From contig CT868030.1 of assembly GCA_000165425.1 (NCBI GenBank), forward strand, positions 372,001-436,000: DNA of 64,000 nucleotides, in the 5' to 3' direction. Made by a program: the position numbers and the translations under genes. The stretch comes from Paramecium tetraurelia. Lineage: Eukaryota. Under the pieces are notes generated by a model. That model was not told where the DNA came from. It did not search any database and saw only the letters and a list, made by a program, of their open reading frames with translations. Shown here in pieces: positions 13,201 through 25,835 of this stretch (position 1 is the first letter of the stretch; every line of letters starts with the position of its first letter).

Positions 13201-15329
13201 ATGACTTCCTTAGAACAGGTCCGATAATTATCCACCATTGATCAAATCTAAGTTGCAGGCTTAATCTTTGGGTCTCAATAAAGAGCTAAGTATATGTAAT
13301 AGTAAATAAAAGAGAGGTGAAGCAATTTTTAGCTGATTGTGAAAAAATACCTGAAGTGTAAACCAACGCTGACTTTTATAACTGGAATAGGAAAAAGCAA
13401 TTCCTATCAAAAGATAAATAGGGGTTTAGTTTCATGAAGATGATTAATCATTAGGTAATGAGATTAGATTAAAAAATAATCTTAGGTTGATGATATGGAA
13501 TAATACACAGGACCTATGATATACAGTGCAACAACAAATCATTATGGAGTCTATTTAGCAATGGTTGTGCCAGCAGTGAAGATTTTGGGAACAGATGCAC
13601 AAATAAATGCGTATCAATCTATGTAATAATTAGATGGCTAGATGATTTAATTCACATTCGAAAAGCTGCTTGTTATGCACAAACTGAATTAGGTCATGGA
13701 TCAGATATTTAGAGTTTACAAACTACTGCTACTTATGATAAGCAGACATAAGAATTTGTGATTAATACTCCTACCATTTAAGCAGCAAAATGTATACAAT
13801 TTAAGTAAAATTAGTTTGGCCAGGAGATCTAGGTATTCTAGCTAATTGGGCATTGGTTTTTGCTTAATTGGTAGTGGATGGAACCAATTATGGAGTATAA
13901 TCATTTATGGTCTAAATTCGAGATGAGTAAACACACAAGCCATTGAGAGGAATAGAAGTTGGGGATATTGGACCTAAGATGGGATATTAGGTGAAAGACA
14001 ATGGATTTTTGAAATTTGACAACGTTAGAATTCCTAAATTTAATATGTTGGCTAAATATATCTCAATATCTCCATAAGGAAAGGTAGTAAAAGAGGGAGA
14101 TCCAAAGATATCCTATGCTTCAATGATGATGATGAGAAAGTTATTAAACACAGTTTATCCCAAAGCAGCTGCAATATCATTGACTATTGCTTTGAGATAC
14201 TCCTATACAAGATAATAATTTACAAATGACAAAGGAGTCGAGAATTCGGTCATTGAATATTAAACTCAATAACACAAATTATTGCCATTGTTGGCCAATT
14301 TGTTTGCAGTTGTTCTTTCAGGAAATGTTACTTCAAAATTTGTAGATTTGAATTTCGCTGAAGTTTAGAAAGGCAATTTCTCACATATGAAACGCATGTC
14401 ATTCATTACTTTGTGGAACCAAAGCTAATTACACTCATTTTGTAGTGAATTGTGCTGAATGGTGTAGATTATCTTGTGGAGGACATGGTTATGCCCATTA
14501 TTCAGGGTTGCCTAGCATTTATTAAGAACATAGTCCAAATGTAACTTTGGAAGGAGAGAATCAAATTATGTTTCTATAATTGGCTCGCTTTTTATTGAAA
14601 CTCTTATAAACTTCTTAAAAACACCCAGAAAAAATTCCTGAATAGTTTTCATTATTTAAAAGAGTAAATGATTATTCCTATCATATTAGATCAATGAAAT
14701 TCTATCATTCAAATGTGACCAATTCTAAACATCAAACATCTTATCACTTTTGGAATCTTCAGTCATTCATCTCATTACCTAAACTGGCATGAAGATGATG
14801 TAAGAAATCCAGGGAGGTTTAAATCCTAAAGCTGTTTGGGATTATAAACTAGGTAATATCTATTATCATTATTTAAGGCACATCACTATGGGAATCAGCC
14901 AATTAGTTTATAGAGTACTATAAGTTTGTTTGTTTCCAAAACACAATCTTATAAGTCACTCATAAATAAACTTAAGTTGTATTAACAAATTTATTGAATC
15001 TATTTGGTGTCACAATTCTTTTACAAAATCCAATAGCCCTTTTGGAAAATGAAGTTGTTACGTAACAAACAATCAAGTAAATGAGGGATGAGTATGAGAA
15101 TCTATTAACCGTAATCAAACCTGAAGTAAATATAAATTACTATTTGAAGGCACTCTCATTAGTAGAGTCTTTTTGTTTAGCAGATGGAGGTCTTAGAACA
15201 ACCATTGGAAGAGCAGATGGTAAACCATATGACTATACATATGATTGGGCTCTTAATGAGAACTCAATTAATAAGATTGATTTTTCGAAAGCAGTTAATC
15301 AATTAAAGAATTGTAGACCCAAATTATGA
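13201..15329 (+). CDS. ACOX: Peroxisomal acyl-CoA oxidase (one apparent +1 frameshift at ~14393)
   Basis: CYAQTELGHGSD, LQTTATYD, FWPGDLG, GDIGPKMG, DNGFLKFDNVRIP, CRLSCGGHGY, TLEGEN, IGRADG; ends -RPKL* (PTS1-like); about 7 short introns. Confidence 0.95.
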
Positions 15330-15357
15330 TTTAACATAAATAATAAATAAAATCTAG

Positions 15358-16943
15358 TCAAATATATGCATTTCCACTTATATTTTCCAATATAATTTCT
15401 AAAAATCTTTTCAAATCATCTAAAGCTTCAGTGTTTTATTTATATAATTTCTCATATCTTTGTTTTTTTTCTAATCCGACTACAATTGCTTAGCTTAAGT
15501 CAATCTAATCATCTTATTCGAACTTGAATTCCATGGTTTATTAATTTTAAATGATTCGTTTTTACAAGATTTTTATTTTATTTGTCTATTTAATTTCAGG
15601 CAATTCACAGAATGTACTAATAAAAAGTATTTACAATAAACTAAATATATGCAAAAATATTTATCTACATTATATTTAATGTTATTGATTAAAATACTTT
15701 TGCTTTTGATCTTAATTTATAATTTCTGGAATTATTACAGAGAATAGTATAAATTCACTTGTAATCATTTGAATCTCCTTTTCTGATAATTAAAATACAT
15801 TCCCATTTAAATAAGTAGTTCTTTTAACTAAAAATAAAGAGGCAGTCTTATTCTAATAATAATATAATTGAAGTGTCATCATGAAACACAAGAAATCTGG
15901 CATTGATTCTTATCTTGTATGCTATTCAACATTTTTGAAAAATAAGATAAGAAAGTAGATTAACCATTTTTTTTAAATTTCTTAATTTTCTATTTAATTT
16001 GGATTAAAATTTTAAGAGAATACTTTTTTCATTTCTTCTCCAATCATTCCTTGATAGATACGAAGAGTGATTTTGCTCACCCAATTTTTGATTATATCTT
16101 AGGATTAGAGCTGAGTGTATTTCTTGATTTCTTTAAATAACATTTTAGCTTTTTTATTTTATTCTTGTACTTTTGTCTCCTTCTCCTTTCGTTTGATTCT
16201 TATTTTATTATTGTAATATACCTAATATTTTCTGACCATCTAAGTACAATTTTGATTATAAGATGACATCTTAAGAATTTCTACCATAAATTTTACATTC
16301 TCTTTTCCTTTTCATCTTCAATCCTTTGCTTTTCCTTCATTTTTTAAACTTCTGCTGCTACTTCTTCCGGTGTCAAGACTTTCTTATTTTAATAATATTT
16401 AACTTTATAAACTTTAGGTGTTTCTTCTTTTACTTGTTGAGCAAGAGATTTGATTCTATTTCTAATATACCCTCTTGATTCCCCGATTCTTTCAGTTAAT
16501 TGTTCTTGATTTGGGTACTTATTTTTGGTGCTTATGTTAAATTCTCTTTATGTATCAATGATGGGTAATTATGGTTTCTACTACTCATTCTTGATAAGCT
16601 GTTCATATTCCATTTTCTTGTACATCATTTACAAATACAGATATTTATTAGTCGCAAGCTAAGCTTTATTTTGTTCTTCTTTTAATTTTGCTTGTAAAAC
16701 TTGATTCTCAACAACCAAATGTTAGATTTGGGGAAGATTATAGGAATTCTTAACAATTTCTACGGTTGGCCTTGTTGTTAAAGGATGGAGTGGAGACTCA
16801 ACAGACTTAGAAATTAATCTGGATGCATTCATCTTCATAAGCTTCATGTAATTTCCATTCGATATTCCTTTTTCATTTCTATCATTCAGCAATAGCGGTT
16901 TGTAGGGTTCCATGTTAGCCTATAAATACTCATTTAATTTCAT
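15358..16943 (-). CDS. Hypothetical protein, member 1 of local SxFVxNRT family
   Basis: Open frame with one 23-nt intron (~16199-16221); motif SLFLVKRTTY...MITSEFILFSVIIP; the start could instead be ATG 16913. Confidence 0.75.
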
Positions 16944-16956
16944 ATATTTATAAATT

Positions 16957-17830
16957 ATGAACTATGCAAACTCTCTCAAAACTTAAATTACTTTTATTCC
17001 CATCAAACTATAGTTGGATCTTGGAGTAGAAGCTGAAGTTTTCTTAAATTTTATTTGTGGATCACATTCTCTGACTACTTAAAATGGATGTTTATTTTAA
17101 TAAAGAGAATGTAATTTTGATTATCAGTAGCTTAAAATCGTCACAACCATGAATTTAAAGAAGGGTAAATTTCAAGAAAAGAAAGTATACAGTTTAATAT
17201 AATAAGGCAAAAGTCCGTGTCATTTTACAGTATAAAAACAGCTACAAGAAGGCTGGCAAAATAAACTTTGATATTAGTGAATATATGAATTAACAGATGC
17301 AATAGATCTAAGATGAAAAATTACTCATTGATTGTCCTGATTCTTCTGCAACCCTCAAGTTTTAGCTTAAATTTAAATAGGCAGTTTTGAATAAAAGCAA
17401 ACTGATCCCAGATATCCAATAAAAATTATTGGAACCTGAATCACTAATTAAATCTAACATCATTAAAATACCAAATATTAAAGAAGTTTCAACGTTGGAC
17501 AAATGCAATAATTGTTTGAAATTACAAGAATAGATAAAAGAATTAAAAACCTCAATTTAATCGAATTCTTAAAGGAGCACACTTTCATAGAGAGACAGCA
17601 TTTAGATAAGCAAATTGCAGATGCTAGAAAATGAGATTAAGTGCTAATATCAAATAGAGAGGGAACTCAAGACCTTCATCGAAAGTTTAGGTAATATTTG
17701 CGTTGATTTATTAGAGTAGGAGCTATTAAAATAAAAACGTATAGTCGCATAGATTATGCAAGAATGTCTATAAATGGGGGATTCCAAATTGATTGAATTG
17801 GTGGAGAACGTAATTTAATAATAATTATGA
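16957..17830 (+). CDS. NT-C2 (EEIG1/EHBP1-type N-terminal C2) domain protein with coiled coil
   Basis: KFQEKK^AKVRVIL..KKAGKINFDISEYM..DCPDSSATLKF resembles the NT-C2 fold; two short introns; TGA 17828-17830. Confidence 0.65.
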
Positions 17831-17975
17831 ATTTTGTAATAATATTTTTCCAATCCTACATGTATTTTAAAATCAAATCTTAGATACAATTCAAACCTGT
17901 ATTAGATTTCTACCACAGTTTATAAAGATCACTTTTGATTTAAAACATGAGGTTGCTATTATATACCTACATTTT

Positions 17976-19184
17976 TCATGCCAAAATAGTTGTGTATAGA
18001 TTACAACAAAATCTCTCAAAGTTCTAATCTATTTTTTTATATGCAGTCTTCTTATAGTTTAATAGAGTAAGCATGTCCTCATCTTTATACAACCCTATTA
18101 TAAGGAGATCGTTATTTTCAGGATTGGGTATTTAATTCAATTTCAATCTGTTTTCTGTAGATATAACTTAATGAGCACTTAATTTTTAGATATTATTTCT
18201 TTTTTATTTGAGTTTATCAAACTTTTTTATAAACAAATATTAGAGAAGACTAGCTAAAACTTTGTGTAAAAATACGCACTTTTAATTGGAGTCGAAAATA
18301 TTTACTAAAACTTAGTCAATCAAGATAGATTCAACTAAGATCATAGTCAACTCCTCTTGTTTAATTTACCTGTTTCGGGTATGCAAATATAATGTTCTAT
18401 TTGACACAAATTTTGAAAAGTAAGCTTTGTGATCTAAAAATACTTAACTTAATAAGTAGTATTTCAACTCTTCACAAAAATACTTCGGTTATGAGAAATA
18501 AGCCAAATTTTCTAATAAGAATTGGCAGGAGTTTATGGATTTCATCATTGACTGATCCACTTATTCTTTATCATTCGGATACTCAATAAAATTGTGCAGT
18601 TATTAATTTACTGATGTAAGTGATTTAGCACAGACTGCCTTGCACCAAGCATTAATTCTTTCAGTCTGTACTAATTCTAATTTGAGAAAAAAAGTGATAT
18701 TCTTCAATTAGGTCTAATACTTCTTCCAAAGTGAATAGTTTAAAGATTTCTTGATCCTTATAGCAGCAATTATGGCAAGTGAAGCTATTTTGAAGTATTT
18801 TTTCATATTTAATGTTCTTTATTATAAAAGTAAGACTTTAGCTCTTCCTATAAGTTACTTATGTTCTGTTGTAGGTTTTGAGATTACTTCTTTAGTTTAG
18901 ATTTTTTTTTCGTCATTATTAACTTGTATAATCTTTACTTCTTTTGGAGCTTCTTAAGGTGTTACAAATTTGGGTTACTATGCCAATGGTTTTTTATGAG
19001 ATTCTTGCCATTTTCGAGGAGATTAGTCTCGAGATGTTGCCTATTTTGAAATCTTTTCTAAATAAAGATTTTCAGAGACGGAGAGAATATCAATATTAGG
19101 AGTAAAGAAGGGTTACTCATATACTGTTTGAGTTTATATGAACTTGATGCTTTAGGATCGGCCTTATTAAAATTGGCTGTTCAT
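17976..19184 (-). CDS. Hypothetical protein, member 2 of local SxFVxNRT family
   Basis: Open frame; FKIASLAIIAAIRIKK helix and SKFVSNRTLY...MILVESILI motif. Confidence 0.7.
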
Positions 19185-19508
19185 GGTCAATTTATTTAAA
19201 ATATTAAAAATCATTTAGACGACGCAATATATAAATGATACAGTTACATTTTATTATGCTAAGGTATATTATATATAGCAATGTTGCAAATCATTATTAT
19301 CAAAATCAGGTTGATTACATTAGTTAACATATACAAAATATCACTTTTATTTTTCATTATTTCATATATATATATAATTTAATTTAATTGACAAAATCTG
19401 CCAAAATTGACTATTGTATAACAAAATAAAGTCTAAGAAATAAATAATGGTTGTAGAAATTAGATTGTTGATTATAATTCAATTTACAAAGAAAATATAT
19501 ACAAATTA

Positions 19509-21227
19509 TCAGCTAACATTGGTTATGTCTATTAATTCTCCAATGTTTTTGGCAATTTTATTAAATTGATTAGATATTTTTTCACCCCAATATGGCTTTT
19601 ATTCAAAGAGTTCCAAAATACCAGCATATTCAAATCCTCCTTAAATAATTTTCTTTTCATCTTAATCAATTGTATCCGATATACTGAAAGTAGCTACACA
19701 TGGCAACCCCTATTCATTCTTTTTAAGATGAATCACCCTCTATATAGGTTTTACATTTGATCCATCAATCTTTTCAAATTTTCTTTCGAAATGTTTTGTA
19801 AATAAAACCATTAATACACCAATAATTCCAATGAAATGAAATAGAGTGATTAAGAAACTTTCCTTATTGGTTTAATCTAACTCACTAGCAATATCTAATA
19901 AATTAGGTATAATGATGGTGAAAATAAGAAATTCTAATGCAATTAACAATTTTTGTTCTGAAGTGAGAGAATGAACTGTTTTTGAGTAAAATTTAGTTCT
20001 ATTCGCTACAAATTAACTTGTTTATGTCGTTTTTCCAGAGAAAAGACATAAATTTAAAAAATGGTGGATAAATCCAGGCACTATGTTTTTTCTTGTAATT
20101 AATTCTAAATCTTAAAGAATTAATTTTATGAAAAAACACAGTTTCTATTTCTAAGCATCTTTTCTAATGATATCTTTTTCCCGTTAAATATTTATACATT
20201 CTTTAATGTATTTCTAGTCTTTTTGTATCATTATTATTTTTTATAATAAGGAGTCTACAAATTTTCTAAATTGAAATTTGTGCTGTTTAATTCCAAAAAA
20301 ATTAATATATTTTAAATGTGGTCCTTGTTACATTTGAAAATGTTCTCTAGCTATTTGTCTTTCTTGGAATATTTTTCTAATTTTATTATTATATACATAC
20401 TTATATTTTTTAGACAATCCTAAGACGGCAATCACTACAAATACAATAATTCTCAGTCTTCTATTTCTTATTTTAAGCTAAGGTTTAGCTTCTTCCTTTT
20501 TAAATAAATCTAAGTTATCCCAAATTTAATTAGGTACTGAAGGTTTTGATTTACGAAGGATTATTGTTTATCCATCGGCATAATCAGAGTCCTTCAAGCT
20601 TAAATCGAGATTTCTTTCTATATTTAGAGTTTTCTGGATTTATCTGATATGATTTCTTTTGCGTTCAAAATTTTTTTAAAAAAAGACCTAATTATTTTCT
20701 TATTTTTCAGGGGTGATCTTTGACTTCACTTCTACAGTGTGCGTTCTGAATGATCTGGAGTAAAATGACTAATTGTTTATATCGGTTTATCTCGAGGTTT
20801 GTTATTAGTCCTTATCTTTACTTATTTTCTATGAATTTCCTTCCAAATTTCTAAGGGTATCCAAATTACTTTCAATAAGTTGATCATATCTTTATTGTTT
20901 TGATTTAATGTAATTTTCTATCAATTTATTGTCTTATGGACTGCTTATTCCATCTGGATCTGTGTATAAACTTAATATTTGTTGATGTCTTTGATTTTCG
21001 TTGACTTCACAAACAGTCTTTAAATGACTATACTCTTCATCGTGTTGGAAAAGCCTAAATTTTCGCTCTCCTCCTTGTCTAACAACTTAATTTGAAGATA
21101 TCAACGGAAGATTTAAGTGATGAGCAATTAGCGTCTTGCATATCCTTTCTTAAGGCTTTAGAGGAAAGGATAAAGGGGATTACCTGCTTGAACTTCTCTT
21201 TCGTTACTCTACTCTTTCAGATTTCAT
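19509..21227 (-). CDS. Hypothetical protein, member 3 of local SxFVxNRT family
   Basis: Low-complexity N-terminal half, RRLRIIVFVVIAVLGLSKKY, intron near 20400, SQFVANRTKFYSKTVHSL..LIALEFLIFTIIIP; ends LIDITNVS*. Confidence 0.8.
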
Positions 21228-22334
21228 AAATGAACAAAATTATTAATGAGAATCATAAAATTTGGGATATTAAAATAGTAGATATAAAACAATTATCTAG
21301 AACATCTTTTAATTTAGATATCTTATTATCTGGTTTATTGTAATTCTAAATTCTCACTTAGCTAAATCTACAATTGCATTTAACTTAGATAGATTATTTT
21401 TATTTAAAACTTGATTCAAATAAATTAATGACTACTTCTTCTGTCAATTTACAATTATAAGTATTCTCTATTTCTACTTTGTTACTTTTTTTCACCCTTT
21501 TATATGTTCTCTTACAGAACTTCAGTACTCTACATTACATTTAAACATCTACTTCTTATGTAATAATATGGCATATATATGCAAAATTTATAGTAATAGT
21601 ATTTTATTATGTAAAGTGCATGTTTTTGTAGAGTTATTAGATTGAATAAGAAAATTGTTTTAATTTTCAAATTCTATGAGTATTTGTTGATAGAAATTAT
21701 TGTAACATTTTTTAATTTCTATTAATTATTTCCATTAGTCTGGACTTCAACGTTATATTAATTTATGTTCAAACGAGATTTACCTCTAATTAGTGAAGGG
21801 TTTAAACATTAATAGAGATTTTAACAATTTTTAAGAAGTAATTTTATTATAAATGTTAATAGAAATTAGGCTAATTTATTAATTTAAAACGTGCTAGCTT
21901 ATAGAAATTCACTGAAATAAGATGAATTTCTCCATTTTTACCAAATATTTTATCGCTAAATACTATATTTGATAATAGGACTACTATCAATTTTAATTCA
22001 ATTAATCATTGATATAAGCTTAAAACGAACAAGAAAATTATTGAAATATTATAACAATAAGAATTATTGCATATGTTGAATTATAATGATTTTATATTAT
22101 ATTTTTTATTATCATATTTAAATAAACTAAATAAATTAGAATTTTAACTATTGTATTCATTTACCATAAGTTAATTGCAAATAATTTTATTCAAGAATAC
22201 TCAAAATATAAAAATTAAAAATAGTTAGTTAAAATTTTTATTGTTTAATTCAAAATATTATCAATTAAACTTTAATTAATTTATGATATTGTTTCTTAAT
22301 ATAAATCAATATATTTGGATAAAAATTAGAATAT

Positions 22335-23932
22335 TCATTCTAAATTTGAAATATCAATTATTGCTCCAACATTCGTAACTATTTTTGAAAAGAGTTTACC
22401 CATATCTTTTTAGAAGTTAGGTTTGTCACTAAAGTTTTTATTAATGAAATTAATTTTCAAGTCTCCAGAGAGTACCAATTCATCATTTTATTCTAAATCT
22501 TGGGATATAATTAATTATGTTTAGACAGGATTGTCCTCTTAATCTTCACTGACTTTCAACTATAATTAGACTGGTTTAACATTTGATGATTAGATTTTGG
22601 GCAAGTCCTTGAAATAATTTGTGAAGAATCCTGATAATAGCATAACTATGGAAATGAAGTAAAGTTGAATTATTGCTTGTTGATTTTCATTGACGGATTC
22701 ATATTAATTAGCAATATCCAATGCATTAGGTATAATAACAGTGAAGATAAGGAATTCTAATGCAATTAACACTTTCTGCTATTAATTGAGAGAATGAACT
22801 GTCTTTGAATAAAACTTAGTCCTATTTGCAACAAACAAGCTTGTTTATGTATTTTTTTTAGAAAAAAGACATAAATTTAGGCAATCCATCATAAATCCAG
22901 GTATTAAATTTTTTCTTGTTATCAATTCTAAATCTTAAAATATTAATTTTATGAAAAAGCACAACCTCTGTTTCTGGAAATCCAATATCATTTCTTATTT
23001 TTATTTTAAGATATAAGTATAATCTTTAATATACTCTTCAGTCTTTAACAGTTTAATAATTTTGGAGAAAACCTATTCAACGAAGGTACGATAAAAGAAT
23101 TTAATATGCCTTTCTCCCATAGTCTTAAAGTGGATTAAATGTGGCTACTTCAATTTACTAAAATGTTCTAAAGCTTAATTTCTTTTTTAAAATGTGATTC
23201 TATTTTAGGAAAAATAAATTACTTGTATTTTCTGCTAAACCTGAGAGCGGCTCGAACAAATAGGGCAACAATTTTAAGTCTTAGTTTTTTAATCACAAGT
23301 CGATATTTTCCTCTTGGGTTATTTATAATTTCGCACTACTGATTGCCTCTTTAAGGGATTCCATTTAAAGTATAACTCCTGTGTTTAGAAGTGCTATTTG
23401 TAACCTATACTGCGTTTTTTTTATTATTATAAAAAGGAAATGAAACATTTTCTCTATATGGATTAAATTCCGAACTTTAAATAATTGGGAAATTTTATTC
23501 AATCGGCTACACAAGCACAGAGGTTTTTAAATCTCTATTGGTAGTGTTGGTCTGATATTTGTGTATGTCTATTGGTTTTTTATAATGTAGTTATTAATTT
23601 GTTAGTGCTCTATCCCTTTAAGAATCTTTCTCAATAATGCCCTAGTTTTTTCTATTATTTTCAATTTTTTCAAAGGGTTCAACGGAAGTTTTAAATTTAA
23701 ATCCTTATGTATTTTAATTAGAAGACTATATCTGTGGTTAATCAAATATCTGTTTAAACATCTTGGGGCGGTTTGCGTAACTTTTCTCAAACTATGAATT
23801 TTATGATATTAATGGAATGTTAAGTCTTTAGGTCATAAGTGTATTGGGAATCGCTTTAATTTTTGATTATCGCTCGGTACTTGGACAGCTTAAGATATTG
23901 AAAGAGAAACTATCTTGATTGTAGTTTTTCAT
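22335..23932 (-). CDS. Hypothetical protein, member 4 of local SxFVxNRT family (close tandem paralog of 19509-21227)
   Basis: LRLKIVALFVRAALRFSRKY, intron near 23222, SLFVANRTKFYSKTVHSL..LIALEFLIFTVIIP; ends IIDISNLE*; DNA-level similarity to 19900-20150 is obvious. Confidence 0.8.
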
Positions 23933-24141
23933 CGATTGATTTAAGTAGTGAAATTTATTAAATATGTATTTAATTTTAGAGAGATCTACTTATTTAATCC
24001 AACCTTAGATATATATGATATTATTATAGAATAAAACTCTATTTAAATGAATTCTCATCTACAATGAAAAAGATACTTTAATAAACATTGAATTGTTGGA
24101 AAAATCATTTAGTTTTTAAAATTTAATAAATTAAAATAATA

Positions 24142-25389
24142 ATGCAATTAAAACGAACATCAATTGAATTAGGGACTCTGGAATAATTTTTAGAAGGGAA
24201 CATTTCATATGGAGCTAGTTAATTAGATTTGGAATATGAAACCTAATCCTTTTTGAGTAAGGATGATCTAAAGAACAAGTTTAAGCCCTTCGCAAAAGAA
24301 AGAAATTCAATTGGAAAATTAATTCAAAGAACGAAAAGCAATGAAACTACATCTAGATTTCAATTTTTAAAAAGCTAGCAAGTGGTTGTGCAGCCTACAA
24401 CAAAGAGAAAGATTCGCAATAATCACCCCATCTATAAATGGAGCACTACAAATCTTTTAGGACTCCAAAAGAGGGATATCACCACTTAAGATTAAACAGT
24501 TTCTTTAAGATAGAGATTAAAGTATTTCAAAATAAATCTCTAAGCAGATTAAGGGTTTATAAAATAGTTTGGAGAGTATAAGAAATAATTCACCCCAGCA
24601 ACAATCCAAACTAGAGCCTTCTTAACACCCAAAAGAGAGTATTTTTACAAAGATGTAAGGAGAAGCATAACTAAATGATAGAGTCTCATTCCAGGACCAG
24701 GTGTATATTCTGGAAAATTGATGTAGACAGATCCTGGACACTCGATTGAATATAGTAAAAGTCCCTAAACGTTGAAGTAATAAACACCTGCTTGTCAAAA
24801 GGATTTTTATGACTTTTAATTACAAAAAAAGAATGAAAATACTCCAGACTTTTTGAGGACTATTAGCCGAGAAAAGGCTTATTAGAGAAGTATATTTGCT
24901 TAAATAGAAATCTAAAGGAAAGAGAATATGGTATTAGAATTTATATTTATAACAGAAACTTCAAAAAGAATAACCGTATGATCAAAAGAAGATAGAACAA
25001 GAAATTGAATATTTACTATATCAATAATAAAAATATGGGAAAATAAGTATTAATATCTGAGTAATATAGATTATCAACGTATCTTAGACAATAATGAAGA
25101 TATTAAAAAGATGACTAAGCCTGACACTCTTGATACAACTTGGAGTAAAATGCTGTAAAATTATACATTTATGAAAGTGAACGCTATGGGTTTAAGAAAG
25201 TAAAAGGAGGGAAAATTGTAAAGGAAAGAGTCTAAACGTTGTAGAATGAGTGAGAATAATATTAATTTAATACTTGATACTTTATTTAGCAAATATTATG
25301 AATAAAATACGATAAACTCCTCGTTCACGTAGATTGTCAGCCTATCAAGAGAAGGATTATATTATACCTAAACTATTTTTGAGTGTTGA
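24142..25389 (+). CDS. Hypothetical protein with one PGPGxY (SHIPPO/ODF3-like) motif
   Basis: Open with three short introns (24655, 24931, ~25047); IPGPGVY at ~24688-24708. Confidence 0.65.
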
Positions 25390-25835
25390 TTTGTATTAAA
25401 AATAATAACATTCTGTAAGGATAGTTTCAAATTAAGAGATCAACAACCTCACATTTCTCCATAGAAACAACAACTATTAAACTTCAAAAAGAAGCATTCA
25501 ATCTGAAATACAATTAGAAGGAACTGAAGAAAGCAACAAAGTTTATGAGGTTAAAATATAAGTCAAATTTGTAAAGCATAAACAAAAATTGGATAAGCAA
25601 CTCAAATAAGACTGTGTTGAAGATTATAAATTAGTTAATTTTCCAAAAAACCCCATTCAATAAACGAATGATGAAGTGTAATTGAGTAGAAAATTATAAT
25701 AACTAATTGCAACAATTAAAAAATGAACAACTCAAATTAAATTTACATTAATTATAAACCTTTTCAATCATATTGTAATAGATAATATTAAAAAACTGAT
25801 AATCCAAATATAAAATATAATAAAGACATAAGAAT

